Source: Myxococcales bacterium (GTDB lineage Bacteria > Myxococcota_A > Bradymonadia > UBA7976 > UBA1532). Taken from it: 64,000 bases of DNA. This document shows, piece by piece, positions 52,838-63,036 of this stretch; position 1 is the stretch's first letter, and each line of letters starts with the position of its first letter. The notes beneath the pieces are model-generated. The model was not told the origin of the DNA. It was given only the letters and a program-made list of their open reading frames with translations, and did no database searches. A program made the position numbers and the translations under genes. The DNA lies in assembly GCA_020633555.1 (NCBI GenBank), contig JACKDL010000007.1:9368-73367 (forward strand), given 5' to 3'.

Positions 52838-53271
52838 GCGTCCCCGGGGGCGCGCAGGCCCTCCAGCGCGCGGCGTGTGGCCTCGGGCAGCGGCGCCGTG
52901 GCGCCGGCCGCGTAGTCGAAGTGCACCACCACCGAGTCGCCCTCAGCCGCCAGGGCCCCGTGGGCGCCGCTGTGCACCTCATAGATCAGCGTGAAGCTGG
53001 TGCGTCCGATGTGGGCTACGCCCACGTGCACGGTCACCGTGTCGGGGTGCGTCAGCGGGACGCGGAAGCGGCAGGCGCTGGTGGCCAGGATTGGGCCGGT
53101 GCCGGTCGCGGCCCGATCGGCCCGCAGCCCCACCGCGTCCAGCAGGGCGATGCGAGCCTCCTCGAACCAGCGGAAGTACACCGTGTTGTTCACGTGGCCC
53201 AGGGCGTCCATGTCGCCCCAGAGCACGGGGCGCTGCACGGTGATGGGCCAGCGGGGGGCGGGCGGGGTCAC
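52825..53271 (-). CDS. Acyl-CoA thioesterase (YbgC/FadM hotdog fold)
   Basis: WGDMDALGHVNNTVYFRWFEEAR. Confidence 0.9.
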   Translation of the reverse strand: MTPPAPRWPITVQRPVLWGDMDALGHVNNTVYFRWFEEARIALLDAVGLRADRAATGTGPILATSACRFRVPLTHPDTVTVHVGVAHIGRTSFTLIYEVHSGAHGALAAEGDSVVVHFDYAAGATAPLPEATRRALEGLRAPGDAQGT

Positions 53272-53354
53272 GTCACGGGCCTCCTGGTCAGGTGCGTCAA
53301 AATGCCGCAAGTCGTCGCAAACTGCCATCCTGCCGCACTTTTCCAGGCCCTCCC

Positions 53355-53383
53355 TTGACGGCCTGGGGTGTCCTGTGCATTCT
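53355..53383 (+). promoter_or_regulatory. Putative sigma70 promoter
   Basis: TTGACG-17 nt-CATTCT upstream of the 53461 gene. Confidence 0.45.
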
Positions 53384-53460
53384 CCGCGCCCATCGAGCGG
53401 CCGGGGTGGCCCGGCGGCGCTCGCAAGTATTCGCTTTCTTACATGATTCGGGAGGGACCC

Positions 53461-53691
53461 ATGGCTTTTCGGCAGGTGGCTGACCGCGCAGCGCACAAGG
53501 TGGCCTTCGGCTTCATCACCCGGCAGATGCACCCCCAGCTCCGCGAGCCCGTCGAGGAGCTCCTGGATCGCGGCTACGGCGTGCTGAAGTTCGGCGAGAC
53601 CTCCACCACCCTCGTGCGCGAGGGCTGGTTCGGCGAGCGCCAGATCACCGTCATGGTCAAGGACGACCAGGTCCGCATCGAGCGCAACTGA
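53461..53691 (+). CDS. Small hypothetical protein (76 aa)
   Basis: GGGAGGG RBS, strong GC3 codon bias, globular composition. Confidence 0.7.
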   Translation: MAFRQVADRAAHKVAFGFITRQMHPQLREPVEELLDRGYGVLKFGETSTTLVREGWFGERQITVMVKDDQVRIERN

Positions 53692-53715
53692 GCGCCCCGG
53701 GGCGCCCGCCCCGGT

Positions 53716-54228
53716 TCACTCGCTCGCCGGGGCCTCTTGAGGCCCCTGCACCGAGCCTCGCACCTTGATCCGGCGGGCGCTGCGCCCAGCCGGCTCCCCC
53801 TTCACCAGGGCCTCCAGCGCCGCCGGCGTGCCGGCCATGGCCTCCAGGCCCTCCCCCTCGACCACGAAGACCTTGCGGAAGGTGTGCACCCCGGGTGGCA
53901 GCTCGTGGTTCGTGAGCACGGGGGTCCAGTGGCCCGTGGGCGGCTTCACGCCCACCGTCAGGCCGGTCACCTCGGTCACCGTCACCCGCAATCGCACCCG
54001 GGCCCCCACGGGCACCGTGGTGTCCCTGCGCCAGGCCTGCGTCTCGCCGCCCGGCCCGTCATGTTGCACCAGCACTTCGAGCACCAGCGGATCGCCGGGC
54101 CGCAGGTCGGGGGGCAGCGGCTCGCTCAGGATCTTGTCGGGGCGGTTCACCAGCAGCCAGCCGATGGTGGCCGACAGCAGCAGCACCGCCACGATGGACC
54201 AGGGGAAGCGCGGCTTCGGATCGGGCAT
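53716..54228 (-). CDS. Hypothetical single-TM protein with beta-rich external domain
   Basis: N-terminal TM helix; GGAGG RBS. Confidence 0.6.
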   Translation of the reverse strand: MPDPKPRFPWSIVAVLLLSATIGWLLVNRPDKILSEPLPPDLRPGDPLVLEVLVQHDGPGGETQAWRRDTTVPVGARVRLRVTVTEVTGLTVGVKPPTGHWTPVLTNHELPPGVHTFRKVFVVEGEGLEAMAGTPAALEALVKGEPAGRSARRIKVRGSVQGPQEAPASE

Positions 54229-54347
54229 GGGGCCTCCGGCGCAAAAGGCGCCCATCATGCATGGCGCGGCCCCTGGGGTCGACGACGGGGGGGCCTGGGC
54301 ACCCAGGGCGCTTGGCGCGGCCCCGGAAACCGCCGATAGTGGCGGAC

Positions 54348-55511
54348 ATGCGCACGCGCCACCTGATCGTCGGTGCGGGGATCTTCGGGCTCACGGCGGC
54401 CCTGGAGCTTCGCCGGCGCGGCGCCCAGGTGGTGGTGCTGGATCCGGGCCCCCTGCCCAGCCCCATGGCGGCCTCCACCGACATCACCAAGGCCGTCCGC
54501 ATGGACTATGGCGCCGACGAGGGGCTCACGGCGCTGGCGGATCAGGCCATCGTGGGGTGGCACGCCTGGAACGCGCGCTGGCCCGCGCCGCTGTACCACC
54601 CCACCGGCGTGCTGTACCTGCGCCGCACGCCCATGGCCCCCGGCAGCTTCGAGTGGGCCAGCGCCGAGACGGTGAGCCGGCGGGGCGTCGCGGTGGAGCG
54701 CCTGGACGCGCAGGCCATCGCCCAGCGCTGGCCGGTGCTGGCCGGGGCGGGCCTGGTGGACGGCTACTTCAACCCCCGCGGGGGCTGGGTGGCGGCGGCG
54801 CGGGTGGTGGCGCGCCTGGCCGACGAGGCGCGGGCCGTGGGCGTCGAGTTTCGCCTGGGCGAGCCGGTGCGTGAGCTGGCCATGGCCGGCGATCGCGTGA
54901 TCGGCGTGCTGACCGGGGCCGGCGCCCTGCTCGAAGCGGACAGCGTGGTGGTGGCGGCCGGCGCCTGGACCCCCAACCTGCTGCCCTGGCTGCGCGGCTA
55001 CCTGTGGACCACCAGCCACCCCGTGCTGCACTTCCGCCCCCGGGCCGAGGTGGCCGAGCGCCTGGCGGGCCTGCCCACCTGGTCGCTCGAGGTGGCCGAG
55101 ACGGGCTTCTACGGCTTCCCGCTGCTCCCTGACGGGATCTTGAAGGTCGCCCGCCACGCCGAGGGCATCGCCGGGCTCGGGCCGTCGGTGCGGGCCCCGG
55201 GCGTGGCCGTGGAGCGGGCGTTCCGCACCTTCCTGGACCGGCACCTGCCGCCCGTGGTGCAGGGCCCGCGGGTCGGCGGGCGCTGGTGCCGCTACTGCGA
55301 CACCCTGGACGGCGACTTCTGGATCGGGCGGGACCCCGAGCGCCCTGGCCTGACCGTGGCGGCCGGGGGCGCCGGCCACGGCTTCAAGTTCGCGCCCCTG
55401 CTCGGCGCGCTCATCGCCGACGCCGTCGAGGGCGCCCGGCACCCCCGCTTCGGCTGGCGGCTCGACGGGGCGGTGGGCATGGAAGCCGCGCGGGCGCCGG
55501 TGCCTTCATGA
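54348..55511 (+). CDS. FAD-dependent oxidoreductase (sarcosine / fructosyl-amine oxidase-like)
   Basis: GAGIFG, ASTDITKAVRMDY, AAGAW, GHGFKFAP. Confidence 0.85.
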   Translation: MRTRHLIVGAGIFGLTAALELRRRGAQVVVLDPGPLPSPMAASTDITKAVRMDYGADEGLTALADQAIVGWHAWNARWPAPLYHPTGVLYLRRTPMAPGSFEWASAETVSRRGVAVERLDAQAIAQRWPVLAGAGLVDGYFNPRGGWVAAARVVARLADEARAVGVEFRLGEPVRELAMAGDRVIGVLTGAGALLEADSVVVAAGAWTPNLLPWLRGYLWTTSHPVLHFRPRAEVAERLAGLPTWSLEVAETGFYGFPLLPDGILKVARHAEGIAGLGPSVRAPGVAVERAFRTFLDRHLPPVVQGPRVGGRWCRYCDTLDGDFWIGRDPERPGLTVAAGGAGHGFKFAPLLGALIADAVEGARHPRFGWRLDGAVGMEAARAPVPS

Positions 55512-56062
55512 GGGACGCCGTGATCGATGATGTCGAGGCCCTGCGGGCGGCCGTCGAGGGCGGGGCGCGCTTCAGCTACGTGTGCTTCTGGAGCCACAAT
55601 GGCGACGCCGCCCGGGTGGATCGCGACTGCCTGAGCCAGTGGGCCCCCGTGGGCTTCACGGTGGACGGCCAGCGCTACGCCACCGCCGAGCACTGGATGA
55701 TGGCCGAGAAGGCCCGCCTGTTCGGCGACGCCGAGCACCGGGCGGCCATCCTGGCGGCGGCCCACCCCAAGCAGGTCAAGGCCCTGGGCCGGCAGGTGCG
55801 CGGGTTCGATCAGGCCACCTGGCTGGCCCACCGCGACGGCATCGTCCAGGCGGGCAACCGCCACAAGTTCACGCAGAACCCCGCCGAGCGGGCCTGGCTG
55901 CTGGGCACGGGCGATCAGATCCTGGTGGAGGCCAGCCCGGTGGACCTGGTCTGGGGCGTGGGCTGGGCGCCCGACCGCCCCGAGGCCCGCGACCCCCACC
56001 GTTGGCGGGGGCTGAACCGGCTGGGCTTCGCCCTCATGCGGGTGCGCGCTGAGCTGAGCTGA
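55508..56062 (+). CDS. NADAR (YbiA/DUF1768) family protein
   Basis: CLSQW, TAEHWMMAEKA, KALGRQV, LVEASP, WGVG, GLNRLGFALM. Confidence 0.9.
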   Translation: MRDAVIDDVEALRAAVEGGARFSYVCFWSHNGDAARVDRDCLSQWAPVGFTVDGQRYATAEHWMMAEKARLFGDAEHRAAILAAAHPKQVKALGRQVRGFDQATWLAHRDGIVQAGNRHKFTQNPAERAWLLGTGDQILVEASPVDLVWGVGWAPDRPEARDPHRWRGLNRLGFALMRVRAELS

Positions 56063-56072
56063 GGCCGGGCCG

Positions 56073-57587
56073 TCAGCCCTGCAGGGTGCCGAAGGCCCCC
56101 GAGCGCCGCGGATCGCCGGCGCCGAAGAAGCCGTCGGGCCCCACCCCCGCCACGTGCAGGCCGCCGAAGAACAGGCCCGGCTGCTCGAAGGGGATCCGAC
56201 GCGGGAAGCCCGCCAGCGCCGCGGCATGATCCGCCGGCCGATCCCAGGTCTCGTAGCGCAGCACCCCGTCCTCGTAGTGGGCCCGCGGCGCGCGCACCAT
56301 CGCGTGCGGCGGCAGCCCATACGCCAGGCTGTACACGGCGCCGTGAAGCAGCGCCGAGCGGATGCGGCTGGACCCCCCCGTGCCCAGCACCAGCACCCGC
56401 CCGTCCCAGGCCGCCAGGCTCGGAGCCATCATGGTCAGCAGACGGGCGCCCGCGGGGCGCGCGAGGGCGCGCGGGTTCACGTCCTCCTCGCCCAGGAAGT
56501 TGTTCAGCATCAGGCCCGTCTGCGGGCAGAGCAGGCCCGCGGTCTCGCCCAGGCTGGAGGTGATGCCCACCGCGTCGCCCTGGGCGTCCACGGCGCTCAC
56601 GTGGGTGGTGAAGCCCGCCCCGGCCCCGCGGGCCAGCCAGCCCGCCAGGAAGCCGTCCTCGAACAGACCCGCCTGCAGCTCGGCCTTCTCGGCCTCGGTG
56701 GCCCGCAGCGCAGCGGCCACCCGGCGCAGGGCCTCGCCGCTGAAGGGCTCGGCGGGCAGCGCGCCGTCCCGGGTCAGGTGGGCCAGGGCCCGCAGCACGT
56801 AGGCCCCCGCCTGGCTGGGTGCGCCGGGCACGAACAGCCGGCCGCCGGGCACCGGCCCGCTCAGGGGCTTGCGCCACTCGGGCGTGTACTCGGCCAGATC
56901 CCGGGCCCCCAGGCGGCTCTGACCGTCCAGGCGGGCCAACAGCGCCTGGGCCCCGTCGCCCCGCTGGAAGAAGCGCGGCCCCTCCCGCGAGAAGGCCTCG
57001 AGGGTGTCGCCCAGCGCCCGCTGCACCAGCAGGTGGGGCGGGGCCAGGGGCTGGTCGCCGGGCAGGTACAGCGCGGCGGCCGCCCGGTCGCACGCGATGA
57101 TGGGCTCCAGCAGGGCGATGGCCTGGGTGAGGAAGGCGCTGGCCTGCACCCCCTTGCGGGCGGCGGCGATGGCCGGCTGCGCCAGCTCCAGGAAGGGCAC
57201 CTTGCCGAAGCGGGCGTGCAGGGCCCAGAGCCCCACGGCCAGCCCGGGGACCGCCACGCTGGCCGGCCCCACGTGGAAGGCCTGGGTGTCGGGGCCGAAG
57301 TCGATCTCGATGGTGCGCATGGGCGGCGCCAGCCCGGGGGGCGCGCCGCGGCCGGGCACGTCGGCGAAGCAGTCCAGCACCTCGGTGCGGCCGCCAATGC
57401 GCACGGTGGCCAGCCCCGCGCCCAGCAGGCCGGTGAGCATGGGCTCGCAGACGCAGGCCATGAGCTTGGCGGCCACGGCGGCGTCCACGGCGTTGCCCCC
57501 CAGGCCGAAGGCCCGCAGGCCGGCCTGGACGGTGCGTGGACTGCCGCCGGCGACGGCGCCTCCGTGGGCGGGCATCATCGGGTCCAC
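56073..57587 (-). CDS. Gamma-glutamyltransferase family protein
   Basis: GGNAVDAAVAA, SVAVPG, TTHVSAVD (Thr nucleophile), NNFLGE, GTGGS, GAGDPRR. Confidence 0.85.
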   Translation of the reverse strand: MDPMMPAHGGAVAGGSPRTVQAGLRAFGLGGNAVDAAVAAKLMACVCEPMLTGLLGAGLATVRIGGRTEVLDCFADVPGRGAPPGLAPPMRTIEIDFGPDTQAFHVGPASVAVPGLAVGLWALHARFGKVPFLELAQPAIAAARKGVQASAFLTQAIALLEPIIACDRAAAALYLPGDQPLAPPHLLVQRALGDTLEAFSREGPRFFQRGDGAQALLARLDGQSRLGARDLAEYTPEWRKPLSGPVPGGRLFVPGAPSQAGAYVLRALAHLTRDGALPAEPFSGEALRRVAAALRATEAEKAELQAGLFEDGFLAGWLARGAGAGFTTHVSAVDAQGDAVGITSSLGETAGLLCPQTGLMLNNFLGEEDVNPRALARPAGARLLTMMAPSLAAWDGRVLVLGTGGSSRIRSALLHGAVYSLAYGLPPHAMVRAPRAHYEDGVLRYETWDRPADHAAALAGFPRRIPFEQPGLFFGGLHVAGVGPDGFFGAGDPRRSGAFGTLQG

Positions 57588-57618
57588 CTCGGCGAGTGGT
57601 CGTCGCCGAGAATCTACC

Positions 57619-58893
57619 TCAGCGGCAGACCTGGCGCACCGGGGCCGCCTCGCCGTTGCGGGCGCCGTCCACGCAGGTCAGGCCGGCCGAGCACTCGGCG
57701 CCGTGATCGGCGGCCTCGCAGGTGCGGGCGCACTGGCCCTGCCCGTCGGGGCCGCTGACGCACAGGGTGGGCGCGGCGCCGGGCAGATCGGGGCAGTAGC
57801 GCTCGCAGGGCTGCGTGCAGGTGCCCCAGTCGCCCTCGGCGGCGTCGCAGGTGTTGCCCGCCATGCAGTCCGCGTCGGTGAAGCAGCGGTCGCCGATCCA
57901 GCCCCGGCCGCCCGGCACGCAGGCGGTGGCCACCGTGGACGGCTCGCCGAACCGGCTCACCAGCGCGGGCTGGAAGTGGTCCAGATCCCGGCAGTCCGGC
58001 GACCAGTCGGCGGTGCGGCGCAGGCAGATGCCCTCGTCCTCGTTCAGGGGGTTCGGTGCGCAGAAGGTGGCCGGCTGCTCGGGGTGATCGGGGCAGTACC
58101 GCTCGCAGACCTGGGTGCAGAAGCCGCGGCCGCTGAAGGGGTTCAGCCGGCAGGTGCCGTCCTCGAAGCCGCAGTCGGCGTCGGTGGCGCACTCGGCCCC
58201 CATCCAGTTGTCGGGCACGTCCACCAGGCGGCCGTCCTCGCGGCGCTCGGGGGCTCGCTGGAGGCGCACCGGCACATGGGCCACGCCCCGGATGCGGGCG
58301 TACAGCTCGGCGATGTCGGCGCCGCGCATTCGGAAGCAGCCGTGGCTCACGTAGCCACGGCGCAGGGTGCCGCCGTCGGCCCGTCGGTAGTTGTCGATGG
58401 GCCCGTGCAGCCCGTAGTTGCCGTAGAAGCTCAGGAAGGGCAGCCCGGCGAACACCGGCACCCCGCTGTTACCCAGCCAGGTCTTGCAGGGCTGGATGGT
58501 GTTCGGGGTGATCTCGAAGTCGTGCCCGCGGGTGGCGATGAGCGGGAACGCGCTGAACGACTCGCCGTAGGTGGGCGAGCCCTCGTCGCGATCCAAGGCG
58601 CCCACGCCGGTGGGAAACACCTTGTCGAAGCCCGTGGCCTCATCGATCAGGTGCACGGTGTGCCCGTCGATGCTCAGCACCAGCCGGGGCGCCTCCAGGG
58701 CGGGCAGATCGGGGATGTCCTTGCAGGTCAGGGCGTGGCCCCAGCCGTCCGCCTTCCCCTCCTCGGTCTCCACGTACTCGCCCACGGGCAGGTCGGCGCC
58801 GTAGGCGGGGGCCGGGGCGGTGGGCTTGGGATCGGCCTCGCCACAGCCGGCGAGGGCCAGGGCGGTCATGCAGGACAGGGCGGCGTACTTCAT
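57619..58893 (-). CDS. L,D-transpeptidase (YkuD) lipoprotein with C-terminal Cys-rich repeats
   Basis: Lipobox LAGC; YGLHG...GYVSHGCFRM; repeated FCTQxCERYCPD units. Confidence 0.82.
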   Translation of the reverse strand: MKYAALSCMTALALAGCGEADPKPTAPAPAYGADLPVGEYVETEEGKADGWGHALTCKDIPDLPALEAPRLVLSIDGHTVHLIDEATGFDKVFPTGVGALDRDEGSPTYGESFSAFPLIATRGHDFEITPNTIQPCKTWLGNSGVPVFAGLPFLSFYGNYGLHGPIDNYRRADGGTLRRGYVSHGCFRMRGADIAELYARIRGVAHVPVRLQRAPERREDGRLVDVPDNWMGAECATDADCGFEDGTCRLNPFSGRGFCTQVCERYCPDHPEQPATFCAPNPLNEDEGICLRRTADWSPDCRDLDHFQPALVSRFGEPSTVATACVPGGRGWIGDRCFTDADCMAGNTCDAAEGDWGTCTQPCERYCPDLPGAAPTLCVSGPDGQGQCARTCEAADHGAECSAGLTCVDGARNGEAAPVRQVCR

Positions 58894-59079
58894 GGGCACC
58901 GGTGTAGCAAAACCCGCGCCGTCCTGCGAAGTCCGCGCGAGCGGCCGGGGCGGCCCCCCGGGGGTGGCCAGCGCAGCCGCCGGGTGGCGGCTCCCGCCGC
59001 CGGGGCCGACCTGCTACCGTGCCCCCGGCGACCCGCGCGGGCCCGCCATGACCCGCCCAGCCTGACAGGGGGACAGAGG

Positions 59080-60003
59080 ATGCGGATCCACAGGGGCGCC
59101 TGGGGCGCGCTGATGATGCTCGCCGTGTGGGGGTGCGACGACGGGGAAGACCCGGAGAACCTGCCGGCCGACATGCAGGCGGTCGACATGCAGGCGGCCG
59201 ACATGCAGGCGGCCGACATGCAGGCGGCCGACATGCAGGCCCTCCCGCCCGACCCCCCCGGCGGCGCCCGCGGCGGCCTCTTCTTCCCCGCCGATCCCGG
59301 CACCCCGGGCCCCCACCCCATCCTCATCGTGCTGCACGGCACCGGCGCCAGCCCCCGGCTCATCACCAACCAGTTCAAGTTCCAGGATCACGCCCCGGCC
59401 CGCGGGATCACCATCGTGGCCCCCGAGGGTACCGAGTACGGGCCCATGCAGCGGGCCTGGAACGCCCGCCACTGCTGCCTGGAGCGCGACGTGGACGACG
59501 TGGCCTACCTCACGGGGCTCATCGACGAGCTGGTGGCCCACCACGACGGCGACCCCGAGCGGGTGTGGATCTTCGGCCACTCCAACGGCGGCTTCATGGC
59601 CCACCACCTGGCCTGCGCGGTGGCCGATCGCCTGACCGGCATCATCCCCGCGGCGGGCCTGGGGTATCCCCGGGACCAATGTGACCCGGCCCGCCCCCTC
59701 AGCGTCATTCAGATCCACGGCGATGCCGACGACCAGGTGGCCATCGACGGCGGGGGCAGCTACCCCGGCGCGGCGGCGCTGGCCACGTACTGGGCCGAGC
59801 AGGCCGGCTGTGCCGGCAGCGAGCAGGCCCCGGACGAGGACTTCGACCGCTTCGTGCCCGGGGCAGAGACCCACCGCCAGCGCTGGACCGGCTGCGCCCC
59901 GGGCGTGGCGGTGGAGCAATGGACCCTGGCCGGCGGGGGGCACCAGTACCTGCCCGATCCGGCCATGCTCACCGCCCTCCTGGACTTCATCGCGCCGGAG
60001 TGA
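59080..60003 (+). CDS. PHB depolymerase / LpqC-like esterase, lipoprotein
   Basis: Lipobox VWGC; VLHG, WNA...CC, DDVAYL, GHSNGG, HGDAD, GGGH. Confidence 0.85.
   Translation: MRIHRGAWGALMMLAVWGCDDGEDPENLPADMQAVDMQAADMQAADMQAADMQALPPDPPGGARGGLFFPADPGTPGPHPILIVLHGTGASPRLITNQFKFQDHAPARGITIVAPEGTEYGPMQRAWNARHCCLERDVDDVAYLTGLIDELVAHHDGDPERVWIFGHSNGGFMAHHLACAVADRLTGIIPAAGLGYPRDQCDPARPLSVIQIHGDADDQVAIDGGGSYPGAAALATYWAEQAGCAGSEQAPDEDFDRFVPGAETHRQRWTGCAPGVAVEQWTLAGGGHQYLPDPAMLTALLDFIAPE
59167..59241 (+). repeat. 15-bp tandem repeat, 5 copies (DMQAA)
   Basis: GACATGCAGGCGGCC repeated. Confidence 0.9.
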
Positions 60004-60044
60004 CCGCGGCGCCCGCGGGCGCCGCCCTGCGAGAGGAGGCGTGC

Positions 60045-60368
60045 ATGTTCTTCTGCCCCACCTGCGGTGAGCCCTCGCTGATCATCGAGACGTCCGTGGA
60101 TCTGGGCCCCGACGACCGCTCCGACGAGGTGGCCGTGCAGGCGGTGCACTGCGACGCCTGCGACTGCCACGGCGCGGCCCTGTACGAGGAGAGCCGCCGG
60201 GGCGACGGCGAGCATGTGCACCACGTCATGTGCGTGCTGCCCACCGACGAGGTGCACGCCCTGCACCTGGCGCTGACGGACGTGGACGTGCCCACGCTCA
60301 GCGGGTGGGCGGGGAAGATCCGCCGGCACTCCACGCACCCCATCATCTATCGGCCCGAGTGCGTGTAG
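60045..60368 (+). CDS. Small hypothetical zinc-ribbon protein
   Basis: CPTC and CDAC pairs; YEESRRG; GGAGG RBS. Confidence 0.65.
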   Translation: MFFCPTCGEPSLIIETSVDLGPDDRSDEVAVQAVHCDACDCHGAALYEESRRGDGEHVHHVMCVLPTDEVHALHLALTDVDVPTLSGWAGKIRRHSTHPIIYRPECV

Positions 60369-60400
60369 CGGGTTGAACCGCCGTTGGGGCACCCGGCCCG

Positions 60401-61573
60401 TCAGGCCCCGAAGGCCTCGTCCAGCCGCTCGGGTGTGAGCGCGCGGCCGCCGGTGAGGTGCCCCCGCACGGTGCGCAGCCCCGCGGCGCTGAGCGGGCGG
60501 CCGCAGGCCTCGCCGGCGGCGGCCAGCAGCGCCCGCTCGCCCCGGGTGAGCACCCCGTCCACCACGGCCGCGAAAGCCAGCACGCGCAGGGCCACCCGCT
60601 GGCTCTCGGCCGGGGCCCCCTGCAGCCGGGCCAGGAACGCCCGGGGATCATCCAGCGGGGGGCCGTCGGCCGCCCCCGTGGGCAGGGCGCCGATCAGCGC
60701 CGCCAGGTTCGGGTGCAGAGCGGCGCTGCGCACCGCGGCGCTGGCCACGGCGCGGCGGGCGCAGTCGACGCTGGCCGCCTCCAGCGGACCCAGGGCGTCC
60801 ACCAGGGCCTGCGCCGCCGAGGGCCCCATGGCCCGGATTCGGGCCTGACGCAGCACCCGCCAGGCCACCACCGCGTTCCACACCGCGGTCACCGGGATGG
60901 CCACCAGCACCAGCCACGCCCGCACCAGCACCCGGCCCATGGCCCGGCGGATCAGCGCCTTGATGAGGAAGCCCGTCAGCGCGATCTTCGCCTTGTAGAG
61001 CAGGGCCGCCGCCGCCAGCAGCAGGGGGCTCACCTCGCGCAAGGGGTTGATCCCATAGGGGTTCTCGGGCGGATCGGGCAGCTCCAGGGCGGCGCGCACC
61101 AGCGACAGGGCCACGCCCTGCTGCCGCCCGCTGACGTCACCGAACAGGGGCACGCCGGCCACCCGCGCCATGGCGTGCACCGCCCGCAGCGCGTCCCAGT
61201 ACAAGAAGGCGATCTCGGCCACTGCGGCCACCGCGGTGACCCCCAGCACGATGGCCCAGAAGGCCACGGGCCGGTCGGCCTCCAGGGGGTGCGCCCACAG
61301 CTCGGCCCCCGCGGCCAGCCCCGCCGACAGGGCGCCCGCCAGGCCCGCGCGGAACACGGTCCGCCGCTGGATCTTCAGCAGACCGTCGCGCTCTTCCTGG
61401 TCCAGCACGTGGATGGCGTCGTCGACCTCGGTGGGGCCCAGGGCCTCGTCCCGTCGGCGGAAATAGCCCAGCCCCATCCGCTCCAGCCGCGGGGACGACT
61501 CGGTGGCGAACCCCCGGGCCAGGTCCTCCAGGTCGTCCAGCAGGTCGTCGTCGCGGGGGTCGGCGGGCTGCAT
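60401..61573 (-). CDS. Hypothetical membrane protein
   Basis: Three to four TM segments; YGINP motif; helical C-terminus; ATGA-coupled to the upstream gene. Confidence 0.65.
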   Translation of the reverse strand: MQPADPRDDDLLDDLEDLARGFATESSPRLERMGLGYFRRRDEALGPTEVDDAIHVLDQEERDGLLKIQRRTVFRAGLAGALSAGLAAGAELWAHPLEADRPVAFWAIVLGVTAVAAVAEIAFLYWDALRAVHAMARVAGVPLFGDVSGRQQGVALSLVRAALELPDPPENPYGINPLREVSPLLLAAAALLYKAKIALTGFLIKALIRRAMGRVLVRAWLVLVAIPVTAVWNAVVAWRVLRQARIRAMGPSAAQALVDALGPLEAASVDCARRAVASAAVRSAALHPNLAALIGALPTGAADGPPLDDPRAFLARLQGAPAESQRVALRVLAFAAVVDGVLTRGERALLAAAGEACGRPLSAAGLRTVRGHLTGGRALTPERLDEAFGA

Positions 61574-63036
61574 CACCCGGCATCCTCGCCGGCCTCGGCC
61601 GCCAAGGCCAGCCCCCCGGCGTCGCCCTCCACCACCGCCAGGTGCCCGGCCGCGGCGCCCGCAGGCAGGCGGGCCCGGATGGCCTCCAGCGCCCGCTCCA
61701 CGTGCCGCTGGAACCGCCAGCCGCCGTCTACGGCCAGCAGTGGGGCCACGGCGGCCCGGGTGCCGATGTTGGCCAGCGCGTCCACGGCCGCGCGCAGCGC
61801 CGCGGGGTGTTCGGCGGTCAGCAAGGCGATCCACAGGGGCTCGGCGTCGGCCAGGGGGGTCTGATCCAGGTAGCCCAGCAGGCCATCCACCACCGGCCCG
61901 GGGCCGCTGGCCAGGGTCACGAGCCGCGCCAGGGGCAGGGGCGTGTGCCGGGCGCCCATCACCTGCAGCGCCGCCCCGCGCACGGGGGGCGCGCGGTGAT
62001 CCAGCAGGGCGCGCAGGCGGTCGTCCACCTCACCTTCAGGCCACAGGCTCACCAGGTGTTCCAGGGCCCAGCGCTGCGCCCAAGGGGGGTGGTGCGGCAG
62101 CCCACGCTCCATCAGGGCGGCGTCCCCCAGCAGGGCCCCCAGCGACACCCCCAGCGGGCCACCGGCCTCGGCGACCTTGCGCAGGCGGGCCTCGGCCCGC
62201 GCCGACTGGGCCACCGCGGGATCGCCCAGGGCCCGCAGGCTCTCGAAGGCCAGCAGGCCCACGCGATCGGGCTCGGCCTCCACCCGCCGCAGCAAGGCGG
62301 CGGCGGGGGTGCTCGCGGGCACCAGGCTGCGAGCCACCGAGGCCCACTGTTCCAGCAGGGCGCGCCGTTGCCTGCGCCCCTGCTTGGGCACGTGGACCAG
62401 ATCCACCTGCACCGCCCCGTCGGCGACGCGCAGTCCGTGGGCCAGGGCCTCGTCCGCCACCAGGTGTCGCAGCGGGGGATCCCACAGGCCGCGCCACTGG
62501 CTCGGCTCGCCCTGCACGCCCACCCGCCCGTCGAAGTGCGGGTCGCCGCTGGGCGGTGTGCCCAGCAGGTCGCGGGCCACGGTCAGCGCGGGGGGCGGGG
62601 CGCCGTCGGGCCAGGCGGGGGTGAGCACCAGCCGCGCCTGCGCCGTGTCGTCGGCGGTCAGGGCCAGCCGCAGCCCGTCGGGCGCCGCCATCAGCCGTCC
62701 GTGGCCCTTGTGGCGCACGTCCTTCCAGCCCAGCTTCCTCGCCGCCCGCCGCCAGCGCCGGATCCGCCGCCGGCCCCGGGTGGCCGGGCCCTCGAACCAG
62801 CGCATCAGGCGGACGAGGACGATGGCGATGCCCAGCGCCGCCCACACCGCCCAGCCGCCGTCCCACTCCAGGGCCCCGATCACGACGGCCGTCACCAGGA
62901 TCCAGGTGGACAGCGTGGACAGGCAACCGCCGCCCCAGCGCTCCAGCGCGCTGGGCTCGCCCACCGGCTCCAGGGGCGCGGGGGCTTGCCGGTCCACCGG
63001 GCGCAAGTCAGGGGCCAGCGAAGGCGAGTCGCTCAC
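61573..63036 (-). CDS. Membrane-anchored HEAT-repeat protein
   Basis: Two N-terminal TM helices; HEAT-like units (LRAAVDALANIGTRAAVAPLL). Confidence 0.65.
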   Translation of the reverse strand: MSDSPSLAPDLRPVDRQAPAPLEPVGEPSALERWGGGCLSTLSTWILVTAVVIGALEWDGGWAVWAALGIAIVLVRLMRWFEGPATRGRRRIRRWRRAARKLGWKDVRHKGHGRLMAAPDGLRLALTADDTAQARLVLTPAWPDGAPPPALTVARDLLGTPPSGDPHFDGRVGVQGEPSQWRGLWDPPLRHLVADEALAHGLRVADGAVQVDLVHVPKQGRRQRRALLEQWASVARSLVPASTPAAALLRRVEAEPDRVGLLAFESLRALGDPAVAQSARAEARLRKVAEAGGPLGVSLGALLGDAALMERGLPHHPPWAQRWALEHLVSLWPEGEVDDRLRALLDHRAPPVRGAALQVMGARHTPLPLARLVTLASGPGPVVDGLLGYLDQTPLADAEPLWIALLTAEHPAALRAAVDALANIGTRAAVAPLLAVDGGWRFQRHVERALEAIRARLPAGAAAGHLAVVEGDAGGLALAAEAGEDAG

